A stretch of 64,000 nucleotides of DNA from Candidatus Babelota bacterium (GTDB lineage Bacteria; Babelota; Babeliae; Babelales; GCA-2401785). The notes beneath the pieces were generated by a model. It did no database searches. It was not told where the DNA came from and saw nothing but the letters and a program-made list of their open reading frames with translations. How positions within the stretch are numbered: position 1 is the first letter of the stretch; the number at the start of each line of letters is the position of its first letter. Location: assembly GCA_016871815.1 (NCBI GenBank), contig VHBT01000001.1, forward strand, positions 11,925-75,924. Direction: 5' to 3'. The translations under genes and the position numbers were made by a program. Positions 1 through 9,592 of this stretch are shown here, piece after piece.

Positions 1-90
1 ACGACATGCAAACGACACTCTTTCATCGAGAATCTTCAAACAAATGAAGAGCTGGTTGTACGATTTCCTATGAACAAGCTTCTTTCATGA
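1..90 (+). CDS. 3' end of a CDS that begins left of the window (product unknown; ftsA is the usual neighbour of ftsZ but this cannot be verified)
   Basis: Frame +1 is open from nt 1 to TGA at 88-90, 12 nt before the ftsZ ATG. Only 29 codons are visible and no motif is recognised. Confidence 0.25.
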   Translation, partial: TTCKRHSFIENLQTNEELVVRFPMNKLLS

Positions 91-102
91 AAAGGATTTT
101 TT

Positions 103-1257
103 ATGTCGATTGATAACAACAATAACCTAAAACTGAGCGCAACGCTCAAAGTTATCGGTGTTGGCGGTGCTGGTTGCAACGCTGTAAACAGCATGATTTC
201 AGATAGTGATTGCACGGAAGTTGAGTTCATTGTTACAAACACTGACGCACAAGCACTGGAACTTTCAAAAGCTCCTATAAAAATCCAGATCGGAACAAAA
301 ATTAGTAAAGGCCTTGGCGCTGGATCTAATCCAGAAATTGGACGCAGGGCTGCCGAAGAAGATCTTGATGCTATTTTAAAATGCCTTGAAGGCACTGAAA
401 TGGTATTTATCACCGCAGGACTTGGTGGCGGAACTGGATCTGGGGCTGCTTCAGTTATTGCTCAAGCAGCAAAAGAACGTGGCATTCTAACTCTGGCAAT
501 TGTTACAAAACCCTTCGCGTTTGAAGGCCGCAGAAGAATGAAGCAAGCAGAAGACGCTGCAAGCATCCTCAAGGATTCCGTTGATACTCTTTTGATTGTT
601 CCTAATCAAAAATTGTTAGAATTTGTTGATCCAAAAATCTCCATGCTTGATGCTTTTGCATTCTCAAACAGCATTCTCAAACAAGCGATCAAAGGAATTA
701 GTGACATCATCAAAAAACCCGGCTTAATCAACGTAGATTTTGCGGACGTAAGAACTGTCATGAAAGATATGGGAATGGCCGTCATGGGCACAGGAAGAGC
801 TTCTGGCGAAGGAAGAGCACGAAATGCTGCTATGCAAGCGATTAGCTCACCAATCCTTGAAAACGGAAGTATTGAAGGCGCTCGTGGCATCTTGCTCAAT
901 ATCACAGGAAACAATTCTTTGGGGCTACAGGAAATTCATGAAGCTGCAAGTATTGTTCATGATTTGGTAAGCGAAGATGCTAATATTATTCTTGGTTCAG
1001 TCATCGATGAAGAAGTTGGTGATGATATTATTGTTACCGTTATTGCAACCGGATTTGACGAAGAAGCAATGAAAATTCAACAACCATACAATCGTCAAAT
1101 GCACTCAGCTATCAACCCTCCGCACCGAACTCCGCTACAACAAAAACCAATGCCTCAGCCTATTCATCGACAAACCGACACTCAAAATTCACCATTCTCT
1201 GGAACAGACAACCTAGATACCCCAACATTTATGAGAAAAAAAGAATTCGAACAATAA
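103..1257 (+). CDS. ftsZ: Cell division GTPase FtsZ
   Basis: 384 aa. N-terminal GVGGAGCNAVN loop, tubulin signature GGGTGSGAA, conserved C-terminal peptide DTPTFMRKK. AAAGGA lies about 6 nt upstream of the ATG. Confidence 0.97.
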   Translation: MSIDNNNNLKLSATLKVIGVGGAGCNAVNSMISDSDCTEVEFIVTNTDAQALELSKAPIKIQIGTKISKGLGAGSNPEIGRRAAEEDLDAILKCLEGTEMVFITAGLGGGTGSGAASVIAQAAKERGILTLAIVTKPFAFEGRRRMKQAEDAASILKDSVDTLLIVPNQKLLEFVDPKISMLDAFAFSNSILKQAIKGISDIIKKPGLINVDFADVRTVMKDMGMAVMGTGRASGEGRARNAAMQAISSPILENGSIEGARGILLNITGNNSLGLQEIHEAASIVHDLVSEDANIILGSVIDEEVGDDIIVTVIATGFDEEAMKIQQPYNRQMHSAINPPHRTPLQQKPMPQPIHRQTDTQNSPFSGTDNLDTPTFMRKKEFEQ

Positions 1258-1266
1258 ATCACAAAA

Positions 1267-1287
1267 GGGGCTGCATTTAGCAGCCCC
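1267..1287. terminator. Bidirectional rho-independent terminator between convergent ftsZ and hydrolase genes
   Basis: GGGGCTGC-ATTTA-GCAGCCCC hairpin. It is followed by TTTTATT on the + strand and TTTTGTGATTT on the - strand. Confidence 0.75.
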
Positions 1288-1292
1288 TTTTA

Positions 1293-2327
1293 TTACACGA
1301 TATATTTTCTTACAAAAGCAGCAATTGCTTTCTGAAATCGCATTCGGTCAACTCTTTGTAAATATGTTAAGTACTTACAATGCTTCAATCCCAATCTGAA
1401 TGTTAGCTTTTTACTTTTTATATTTTTTCGCACCTGTGTATTTTTATGTACAACAGAACGCTTCCAAGCCCAATTGTGGCCACCGGTTTCCATATCTAAA
1501 AACTGCACCGTTTTTGAATATTTTTTTTGCTGACCAAATGCTTGAGCTAGCAATTCCCTGTTTTTAAAATAAACAACTCTATCATTCCGATTCGAAACAA
1601 TTAAGGTCGGCAATGTAGATGCAAAATCTCCATTTTTCACCTGCTGCAAGGGTGATGATCCAAACGGGTTATACGAAGGAGCATACAATAAGTTAAATCC
1701 AATTCGAGCAAATAAATCTCCTGCCCAACGACCAACTTTTGCCATCGTAGAAACTGCGCTCAAATCAGCGTATGGGGCCAATAAAACTAACCCCCTTACG
1801 TTGTAAGCTAAATTTTTGTGATAGGAAAATAATGATAATAATGTTGCACTTCCATTCGAATGGCCAACACATAAAATCGGTAATCCCGAAACAGCATGTC
1901 CTTGAAGTGTTTTGGATACACCCTTCCCCTGAACCTTATCAATCAAAAATTCCAAATGCAAACGAGCTTGATAGACATCACTTTCCTGTGAAAACGTTTG
2001 AACATCTTTTGTTTGAATAAATCCAGGATGATATACCAAATAACTCATTCCACGCAAACCAGGAGCCATCCGATGAACAAATTCATTCCAAGAATCTTGA
2101 CCTGAAAATGAATTAAATCCCAAAAAACCATGTGCAAAAAAAACAACAAATTGCGGCGCCATTCCATCTGGCCCAACTTTATGCACAACAGCTTTTTGTT
2201 CAATTTGATTCTCAACATACACTTTTATTTTTTGATATTGCCTGTGCGAAACGCCAAGAAATCGTCCCCATAAAAATACTATCCCCACAAGAACTGCGAG
2301 CACTAAAATAAATCGCAAATAATTCAT
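1293..2327 (-). CDS. Exported alpha/beta-hydrolase fold protein (tandem paralog 1)
   Basis: 344 aa. N-terminal hydrophobic segment (FILVLAVLVGIVFLW), FFAHGF motif, nucleophile elbow GHSNG, later NDRVV and GGHNW as candidate acid and His. Clearly paralogous to 2348-3463. Confidence 0.7.
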   Translation of the reverse strand: MNYLRFILVLAVLVGIVFLWGRFLGVSHRQYQKIKVYVENQIEQKAVVHKVGPDGMAPQFVVFFAHGFLGFNSFSGQDSWNEFVHRMAPGLRGMSYLVYHPGFIQTKDVQTFSQESDVYQARLHLEFLIDKVQGKGVSKTLQGHAVSGLPILCVGHSNGSATLLSLFSYHKNLAYNVRGLVLLAPYADLSAVSTMAKVGRWAGDLFARIGFNLLYAPSYNPFGSSPLQQVKNGDFASTLPTLIVSNRNDRVVYFKNRELLAQAFGQQKKYSKTVQFLDMETGGHNWAWKRSVVHKNTQVRKNIKSKKLTFRLGLKHCKYLTYLQRVDRMRFQKAIAAFVRKYIV

Positions 2328-2347
2328 CGTATCACCACAATATTTCC

Positions 2348-3463
2348 TTAGTAATCAATAACAGCAGAAGACAATGAACCAAACAATCCTAACTGTGCAG
2401 AACGCGGCTTAAGCAAGTGCTCCGACACAAAATGAGTTACATCTTGCCTCAGTTTTTCGCGATCTTCTTTTTTCGACTTTACACTAAAAGATCCATGTGC
2501 CCCCAAATCAAAAGGATGCGCATGAAACAAACTGCCAAATTCATGCTCTTTAAAAAGAGACTCAAAGGCTACATAATTTTGATCAAACGAAATAACTGGA
2601 TCATTTTTTGCATGAATAAGAAACACTGGCATCCGAGGAAACAAACCCTCTTTGAGATAATCAATTGGAGCTCGCTTTGAACCATCATATCGCGTACCAA
2701 TTACAAGCGGGACTCTATCAACAAGGGCTGAGGATCCCCCTTGCAAAGAAACCTTATGAATCATATTTGTTTTTCTAATATCGGCATATGGCGCATACAA
2801 CAGCGCCCCAAAAATCTTTTTACTTAATTCTGGATAAGATCCCAAAAGACTTATGATTGTTGCAGCACCATTTGAATGCCCCGCAATGATCACAGGCAAC
2901 CCAAAAAACGTTGATTGTGGATTTGCAACTCTTTCAAGCACCTTATCCAAATGCAGCTTGATCTGATTAATATCACTTTCCTGAGCAAACGATGTATACA
3001 AAGGCCCAACTTTTAATAATGGATGAACGGCAACATATTTAAAAGCTTCTAAAAAAGGAGCTACATGTCGAGAAAACCTATCACTTGCATATCTTTTTGT
3101 TGGTAGATACGGACGATATCCATGCGCAAAAAAAACAATAAACTGTGGTCGTTCATTTGTTGTCATATTTTTATAGGAGTATAAAAAACGATCATCGTAA
3201 CCAGCTTCCCACTGATGCAACGCAAAAGCTTTTATTTCTTCTGCTGTATTTGCATGAATTTTTTTTATTTTTTGAGATACAGCATCCCTTAGAATCCTTG
3301 CGCGACTAGATGCTGCAGTACCTAGCGCGCCAGCTTTTTTGATAAATCGATTACTGGAATTTTCAATTAACTCAACGCCAGCAGCGCTTACAGTCAAAAA
3401 ATAGTTATTAAACACCGCAGAAACAAACATAAAAAAAATAATGTTTTTTAATTTTTTATTCAC
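2348..3463 (-). CDS. Exported alpha/beta-hydrolase fold protein (tandem paralog 2)
   Basis: 371 aa. Signal-like N-terminus (IIFFMFVSAVFNNYFLTVSAAG), FFAHGY, nucleophile elbow GHSNG, NDPVI and GAHGS. Shares PQF(V/I)VFFAHG...QESD...HL...GLP(I/V)...GHSNG(S/A)AT...APYAD with 1293-2327. Confidence 0.7.
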   Translation of the reverse strand: MNKKLKNIIFFMFVSAVFNNYFLTVSAAGVELIENSSNRFIKKAGALGTAASSRARILRDAVSQKIKKIHANTAEEIKAFALHQWEAGYDDRFLYSYKNMTTNERPQFIVFFAHGYRPYLPTKRYASDRFSRHVAPFLEAFKYVAVHPLLKVGPLYTSFAQESDINQIKLHLDKVLERVANPQSTFFGLPVIIAGHSNGAATIISLLGSYPELSKKIFGALLYAPYADIRKTNMIHKVSLQGGSSALVDRVPLVIGTRYDGSKRAPIDYLKEGLFPRMPVFLIHAKNDPVISFDQNYVAFESLFKEHEFGSLFHAHPFDLGAHGSFSVKSKKEDREKLRQDVTHFVSEHLLKPRSAQLGLFGSLSSAVIDY

Positions 3464-3578
3464 AAAAAAACCCTTGCGATCCAGAGATATCAGTTCTAGG
3501 ATAGCGCTTTGCAGGGCGCAGCTTCAAGTTCAACGGTTTTTCATGGAATCAAAAAGGCTTTTGATAAATTTTATAAAA

Positions 3579-4439
3579 TCATTCAACATTCAAAGCTTTT
3601 TGGCTAAGAGCATCATAAAAAAGACAAAATTCGATTAATGCTTGCTTGAATGCTTTATTATCAATTGTATTATCAGCCCCCACGTATGGATTTTCAGATA
3701 AAAACACCTTAAAGTTCTGATATTTTTGTACAATCTCAGGATCGAACAATTCAGAACCCCACTCAAGCAAATAATCACAATTCTTAAGGATTTGATCAAA
3801 TTTTTTAATATAATCTTTTTTCATGATTCTGAATGAATATGCCCCCAAAAGAGCCCCTACCAATGCCCCTGTCAGAAAACCATTTCTTTTTAGATGAAAA
3901 GAACTCGGTTGCTGAGCGACAAAACCAAAACCAATTACCCCAAACATCAAAGGTATAAATCCAAAACACGCCAAGTAGTCAGTAACAGCAATACCAAAAA
4001 AGGCCTGAAATATATCATTTGGCGTCCATACGGTATAAGATTCGATAGTATCAAAATCACTCAGTACAAAAACTACATAATTAATATTTCTGTATAAAAA
4101 CAAATGGATCAACACGTCACGCTCTTGATCGGTAACATTTGCAAAACATATCATCAAATATTGTGTAAGCCTTGAACTTGGATGGTTTATTGAAGTCATT
4201 CCATTTCTTGCTAAAAACGAATTGCTCAAACGATCTTCATAAATCTTATCTGAATTCAAAACAGCTTTAACTTCCTCAAAACAAAGTCCTTTTATCCCAG
4301 TGCGACCATATAAACGCATATTTTCCGCCACATCATCTTGACCAGATGAGGTTGTTGAAGCATAAAGGGCACCTTTTTTGCCTACAGTAGAAGAAAAAAC
4401 GGCAAATAAGAGTATAAATAAGAAAAAATTACGATTCAT
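3579..4439 (-). CDS. Hypothetical membrane/exported protein
   Basis: 286-aa ORF. Signal-like N-terminus (FFLFILLFAVFSSTVG) and two internal hydrophobic helices (IPLMFGVIGFGFVA, FLTGALVGALLGAYSF). No family recognised. Confidence 0.55.
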   Translation of the reverse strand: MNRNFFLFILLFAVFSSTVGKKGALYASTTSSGQDDVAENMRLYGRTGIKGLCFEEVKAVLNSDKIYEDRLSNSFLARNGMTSINHPSSRLTQYLMICFANVTDQERDVLIHLFLYRNINYVVFVLSDFDTIESYTVWTPNDIFQAFFGIAVTDYLACFGFIPLMFGVIGFGFVAQQPSSFHLKRNGFLTGALVGALLGAYSFRIMKKDYIKKFDQILKNCDYLLEWGSELFDPEIVQKYQNFKVFLSENPYVGADNTIDNKAFKQALIEFCLFYDALSQKALNVE

Positions 4440-4558
4440 CAGAAAACACGATAAAAATAGGCTTTTTTATAATAAAAACATAATTTTTAAAAAATAACAC
4501 CGCCCTATAATCAGAGGGCATTGTTACGCATTTTTATCAATTTTTTATAAAAATAACA

Positions 4559-5620
4559 TTACACAGGGATAATTTTTTTTCTAAAATTTTTGTTCTTAGT
4601 TGAATTATACCCTTTTTCTTGTTCGGCTAACGCAAAAATTAATTGACGATCATTTTCTGTGACCACAACATGCATGTGAGCCTCGGTAAGAGCCACAGGA
4701 TACCCAAACCCCTTTTTCACCTGATCGGATAAACTGAAAAAAAGCCGTTCAAAAAGGTCCTTATGCTCAAAGATCCATAAAGGAAACTCCAATTTTACAA
4801 CATCTTCTCCCATCTTGAGATATACAAAAACCGGCATATCTAAACCAGAAAGCTCGTGTCCAAATAACTCATTTTTTTTATACCCAAGAACCGGGGAAAT
4901 CTCACCTTGGCTCATACTCTGAGACAACAAATCAACATCTGTTCCCTCAGAAAACTCAACCGCAGTTGCCCACAAAAGAGACCGTGGACTGCTCGTGTAC
5001 CAACACACAGGAATGCTCTTTTCACGAATTATTTTTAACAGTTCCACGTATTTTTTCATAACAAATTGCTGAACTGCAGCGTTTTTAAGCATTAACCCCT
5101 GGGGAACCATCGAGCCATCAAACAACAAAAAACCAAATAAAGCCCCTGGTTTTTGCAAAAAACGACCTACGCCACACTCTATTTCACGTAAAAAGCGGAT
5201 ACAATCGATTATTTCTGGACCAAAAACAAGATTCGGAGCCTGGTTGCAAAACTCTTCTTGAACAATAAACTCAGTTGTTATAAATAAATCCGCAAACCCG
5301 TTGTCTTTTTCATATAAAAGCTGAATACCTCCAACATTAATAATGGCGGTATCTCCCCCAAATAACTGCGGATCTGGATATACCTGAGAGCCATCAACGC
5401 CCCAGACTAAATATTCTTCAACCGATTTATTTTTTAATGATGAAAAAGAAGATCCTTCTGCAATCACGCAATACTGAGAACCAATAAAATCACCAACCTG
5501 CAAGCCGGCAAAAAGTTTTTGCAAGGCTGGAACAAAAAAACGACGTACAGATTGTTCGCGTTGTCGCAAACCACCTGTACGTCGAATAATTTCTTGAGCT
5601 ATTTTTTTATGATCGAGCAC
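4559..5620 (-). CDS. NurA-like nuclease domain protein (tentative)
   Basis: 353 aa with a GTG start preceded by AGGA. Motifs WGVDGSQ, LLFDGSMVP and C-terminal GYPVALTEAHMHVVV resemble, from memory, the DGS motifs and the GYP..L..AH tail of NurA-domain proteins. No profile search was run. Confidence 0.45.
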   Translation of the reverse strand: MLDHKKIAQEIIRRTGGLRQREQSVRRFFVPALQKLFAGLQVGDFIGSQYCVIAEGSSFSSLKNKSVEEYLVWGVDGSQVYPDPQLFGGDTAIINVGGIQLLYEKDNGFADLFITTEFIVQEEFCNQAPNLVFGPEIIDCIRFLREIECGVGRFLQKPGALFGFLLFDGSMVPQGLMLKNAAVQQFVMKKYVELLKIIREKSIPVCWYTSSPRSLLWATAVEFSEGTDVDLLSQSMSQGEISPVLGYKKNELFGHELSGLDMPVFVYLKMGEDVVKLEFPLWIFEHKDLFERLFFSLSDQVKKGFGYPVALTEAHMHVVVTENDRQLIFALAEQEKGYNSTKNKNFRKKIIPV

Positions 5621-5632
5621 ATTTTTCCTAAA

Positions 5633-7561
5633 TTAAAAATCATACCCCATTCGCACATACAATCCATATGCAGGATCTCGACCCAATCCATTATTAGTTA
5701 CGACAACAGATTGAGACGGAACGCCACTGGTTGATTGTACAAATTGGTTTTTAACAACTGCCGAGTTAATATTTGGTTTACCAGCAGTATCACCATACAA
5801 TGTTCCAGGGAAAAATGCACCCGCACGAACACTCAATTCGCAATCGCGAGTCACTTTATAATTAACAACCATATCAAGCTCTACACCCAAGAAAGAACTT
5901 GCTCGAGTTGTTTCTTGCCATCCAACAATTCCAGTGGAAGACGCTGAAGCTCGAATAGAGTCATTATCTCCAACAAATCCAGGCTGAGCTGCTGTTTTAT
6001 TCCATTTCAACGGCGGACGAGGCATACCACAGAAAAACATTGCGGTTGCAACTGAAAGTTTTTCTTTCTGTGCAAGAGGACGCCATGTTCCCCCAAATCC
6101 AAACAACATTAAATTTGTTGCACAATCACTGTCGTTATACGTTGTTAAACCATTCAAATCAAAATCTACAGGACGCGGAATTACTCCAGCACTAAACATA
6201 ACTAACGGACTACACCACATACCCCTGTATCCCCAATCTCGCAAAGGTAAAAAACCTTTAAAGACTTTGTCTTTTCGACCATCTGTTGCAGTTTGTGCTT
6301 CACGCAGCGTTGCAAAATCACCCATCTGTGCATGATACTGACCAACGGTGTCGTTATACGGATAATCTCCTCCAGAGAAATAAGCAATCGCCATCGCAGG
6401 TTCTAACGAATATTCTTCCATCTGATATTTCATATCAAACATGAACATGCTTCCACCAAGCTTAATTTTGTACCCAGGATGATATTCTGTGACCGTTGTT
6501 CGCGTATCAATCCATGGTAAAACATCTTGATATCCATGCTGCGTTGCCATTTCTAAATTGCAACTGAGCTGTCCCACGGCAACATCAATCATCGTTCCAA
6601 AAGTTGTAAAACTTATAGGCGAATCAGAAGGCGATTCGACTGTTTGACGTTGCGATTTATAGTAGACCATATATGGCTCTAATCGAACGCTAGAATCTTT
6701 TGCAGGCTCGGTTAAATAGGCCATAGAAAATGAAAACAAATGTCTACCATGCGCACCCTTATCATCCATATCAACAATATGTTGATTACGACTTACATCC
6801 TGAACATACACAGATGCATTTTCGCTCACAAATGGACTGTAATAAAAATCCCACGAAAGATGCTGTGATGGAATTTCAGCATGCAGCAAAACACCTGGAG
6901 CATATTTAGGCATATAATTTTGAACATTTTGTCGCGAAAAACCCATGTAGGTAACACCGCCATAGGAGCGATCACCCATCGAAATACCACGACCAACACA
7001 ATACGGGAAGAATCCAGCCTTAACCGACACTGGCATCGTATCAAAAGCCGATGTAAGCGTTTCTAAGTTAAACTTAAACCATGCTTCATCAATGGCTAAA
7101 GTCACCGGAGGATTAATAAAATCTTGCTTCATTGGGGCATCATAAATACCAAACTTTTTTGTAAAAACTGAACGCCAAAACAATGTTGCGCCAGCAATTA
7201 ACGATGCTTCTGCAATTGGAGTTCCATTGAATTCTTTTTTTCCAAAATTTGATTGCACTCCCAACTTTATTCTTTGACGCCATTGATTAACCTGATCATC
7301 AATATTTTTTGTCAAACGAACTCCATTGCGCACTTTATACATGTCAATTTTAGTGTTTCCGCCAACATACAATTCCATGTCTTTTTCTTGGATCGGAACC
7401 AGGAGCTTGAATGTATCATTTTTCTGAAAATTACTTACTAAATCAAACGCATTTCCAACCGAAGAATTTTTTTCATCAGCCGTAACTGGACTAGCCTGCA
7501 CCACTCCCAAAAAAACAACTGCTGCACCAAGCAACACACCTTTTTTTATTATTCGAATCAT
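5633..7561 (-). CDS. Outer-membrane beta-barrel protein (porin-like, family unknown)
   Basis: 642 aa. Signal peptide MIRIIKKGVLLGAAVVFLGVVQASPVTA. Aromatic and Gly-rich alternating pattern throughout. C-terminus YVRMGYDF has terminal Phe and hydrophobic residues at -3, -5 and -7. Confidence 0.7.
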   Translation of the reverse strand: MIRIIKKGVLLGAAVVFLGVVQASPVTADEKNSSVGNAFDLVSNFQKNDTFKLLVPIQEKDMELYVGGNTKIDMYKVRNGVRLTKNIDDQVNQWRQRIKLGVQSNFGKKEFNGTPIAEASLIAGATLFWRSVFTKKFGIYDAPMKQDFINPPVTLAIDEAWFKFNLETLTSAFDTMPVSVKAGFFPYCVGRGISMGDRSYGGVTYMGFSRQNVQNYMPKYAPGVLLHAEIPSQHLSWDFYYSPFVSENASVYVQDVSRNQHIVDMDDKGAHGRHLFSFSMAYLTEPAKDSSVRLEPYMVYYKSQRQTVESPSDSPISFTTFGTMIDVAVGQLSCNLEMATQHGYQDVLPWIDTRTTVTEYHPGYKIKLGGSMFMFDMKYQMEEYSLEPAMAIAYFSGGDYPYNDTVGQYHAQMGDFATLREAQTATDGRKDKVFKGFLPLRDWGYRGMWCSPLVMFSAGVIPRPVDFDLNGLTTYNDSDCATNLMLFGFGGTWRPLAQKEKLSVATAMFFCGMPRPPLKWNKTAAQPGFVGDNDSIRASASSTGIVGWQETTRASSFLGVELDMVVNYKVTRDCELSVRAGAFFPGTLYGDTAGKPNINSAVVKNQFVQSTSGVPSQSVVVTNNGLGRDPAYGLYVRMGYDF

Positions 7562-7660
7562 TTTCTATCCTTGCTGCAGTTTGTTTTTGTATCAAAACAA
7601 ACATAATTGCATCTACCACCACAACAACGCGGTAAATATCACAATCTTTAAATGCTACGC

Positions 7661-7689
7661 AAGAAAAAAGCCCCGATTTTAATCGAGGC
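7661..7689 (-). terminator. Rho-independent terminator downstream of pepA
   Basis: On the - strand: GCCTCGATT..AATCGGGGC hairpin (one mismatch) followed by TTTTTTCTT. Lies 23 nt after the pepA stop. Confidence 0.6.
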
Positions 7690-7711
7690 TTTTAAAAAGA
7701 TCTTAAATAAT

Positions 7712-9211
7712 TTATCCAGCTATTTGCTTAATAAATTCGACAAACAATCGAACACCTGCTCCGGTTGCTCCAGATCCAACATAGCTGACGCCAGGAACAC
7801 CATCTGCAACACCAGCAATATCCAAGTGTGCCCATCGCGCATTTTTTACAAAATGACGTAAATAAACACCGCCAATAATAGTACCTGCGTAATAATTTTT
7901 CTTACCACTATTTGCAATGTCTGCAACATCAGATTTTACACCTTCGTTGTACACTTCATCAAACGGTAAGCGCCAAACTTTATCACCAACAAATTTACCA
8001 ATCTTAAAAAGTTGATCCGCCAAAGCATCATCATCGGTCATCATACCTGCATAAAAAGTACCCAACGCATGTGAGCATGCTCCTGTTAATGTTGCAATAT
8101 CAATCATAAAATCTGGCTTGAAAAACTGTTCTGCATAACAAAGTGCATCACCAAGAATCAATCGACCTTCAGCATCTGTATTTTCGATTTCTGAAGTCAC
8201 GCCGTTCATATGAACAATAATATCATCTTGTCGTGATGCAGCACCATCCGGCATATTTTCCGTTAATGGAGTAATACCAACAACATTCACCGCAGGTTTT
8301 AGTTGCGCAATAATTTGCATCGCCCCAAAAACCGCAGCCGCTCCTGACATGTCATATTTCATTCCAGTCATGTAGTTTGCTGGTTTTAAACTGACACCAC
8401 CAGTATCAAACGTAATTCCCTTGCCGACCAATGCGATTGTTTGTGTAGCACCAGGAGCAGAGTATTCCATCGTTACAAACTTAAATGGTTGAGCAGAGCC
8501 AGCACCTACAGCCAACAGTCCACCCATCCCAAGCTCTAGTGCTCGCTCTTTTCCAAAACAGGTATATGAAAGACCATACTGATCTGCTATTTTACGAGCT
8601 TCTTCAGCTAAATAAGTTGGCGTTGCAATATTTGCAGGAGCATCTGCATATCGACGAATTTTGTTGATCGCTTGAGCAATAATTGTACCATCAGAAATTG
8701 CTTGCGACTCATCAAATCCACAGAATACAAATTGAACGTTCCATGATTTTTTTTCTTTTTTAATGTCTTTGTAATCATCGAAAACATATGTTGCCATTGT
8801 TGCAACAATTGTTGCTTGTTGCGCTACCTGCGCAGATGTCATACCAAAATCACTTCCACCAGAAAGACCAAGTGAAACAATTTTTGCATCAATTTTTTTT
8901 GCAAATTTTACAACATTACCAAGCGCATTTCGAAATACTTCAAAATCAAGCAATCCTGAACTATTTTTTTTACCAAGTCCAACAAGAACCATATAAAAAG
9001 GTTGATCCGCAGACACTGTTGAAAGTGAAACAAAATCACCCTTTTTTCCAGTAAATTTATGTGCATTCAAAAGAACTTCAGGATTTTTGAAATGTTCATT
9101 CAACTGCGCCTGAAAACGACTTTCTATCGATGCATTTTCTGCAACAAAAAGAACTTTAACATCCGCAGCAACATCTGCCACATTTTTAACAGACCCCACA
9201 CATGAAATCAT
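7712..9211 (-). CDS. pepA: Leucyl aminopeptidase (peptidase M17)
   Basis: 499 aa. M17 signature NTDAEGRL, plus VGKGITFDTGG and DMSGAAAV motifs. Confidence 0.95.
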   Translation of the reverse strand: MISCVGSVKNVADVAADVKVLFVAENASIESRFQAQLNEHFKNPEVLLNAHKFTGKKGDFVSLSTVSADQPFYMVLVGLGKKNSSGLLDFEVFRNALGNVVKFAKKIDAKIVSLGLSGGSDFGMTSAQVAQQATIVATMATYVFDDYKDIKKEKKSWNVQFVFCGFDESQAISDGTIIAQAINKIRRYADAPANIATPTYLAEEARKIADQYGLSYTCFGKERALELGMGGLLAVGAGSAQPFKFVTMEYSAPGATQTIALVGKGITFDTGGVSLKPANYMTGMKYDMSGAAAVFGAMQIIAQLKPAVNVVGITPLTENMPDGAASRQDDIIVHMNGVTSEIENTDAEGRLILGDALCYAEQFFKPDFMIDIATLTGACSHALGTFYAGMMTDDDALADQLFKIGKFVGDKVWRLPFDEVYNEGVKSDVADIANSGKKNYYAGTIIGGVYLRHFVKNARWAHLDIAGVADGVPGVSYVGSGATGAGVRLFVEFIKQIAG

Positions 9212-9223
9212 ATATCATCCTCT

Positions 9224-9592
9224 CTAACTAGAGCCAAGCATTGCTTGCACTGCCTCAAAACCCAACATCGCACATCGACGCCGACCATGCGATATCTCTC
9301 TTGACTCAAGCATATCCAAAAGATTTTCTTCCGTTAATGCCAAAACATTCAAGACCTGCATGCCTTTTATATTGCACAAAAAAATCGATGTTGCCGCACG
9401 ACACAGCATACAACCTTCTGCACTAAATCCAACTGCAGAAATAATACCATCGACAAGATGCAAAGAAACTGTCACAGCATCACCACATGACATATTTTTT
9501 ATTGTTTTTTGATGTGATGGAGAATGTAATAACTCGTAAAATCGAGGATTTTTGGCATGATCCACGAGCAATCTATTATCTATAAGCGCCAT
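9224..9592 (-). CDS. sufU: SufU/IscU-like Fe-S cluster scaffold or sulfur acceptor
   Basis: Conserved Cys contexts NMSCGD, EGCMLCRAA and RRRCAML. I place the start at ATG 9592 (MALIDNRLL). This forms TAATG with the sufS stop. The longer track ORF (to 9637) would overlap sufS by 46 nt. Confidence 0.8.
   Translation of the reverse strand: MALIDNRLLVDHAKNPRFYELLHSPSHQKTIKNMSCGDAVTVSLHLVDGIISAVGFSAEGCMLCRAATSIFLCNIKGMQVLNVLALTEENLLDMLESREISHGRRRCAMLGFEAVQAMLGSS

Noticed and set aside
36-413. 125-aa minus-strand ORF overlapping the start of ftsZ
   Set aside because: It is antisense to a highly conserved gene and has low-complexity S/A/P-rich translation with no motif. This is a typical shadow ORF. 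The same reasoning applies to the other short antisense track ORFs inside conserved genes, such as 606-914, 8485-9054, 13055-13321, 23191-23723, 35103-35641 and 45586-46625.
4502-4519. GCCCT-N8-AGGGC hairpin downstream of the NurA-like gene as a terminator
   Set aside because: The stem is only 5 bp with an 8-nt loop, and the T-run starts 7 nt after the stem. This is too weak to call.
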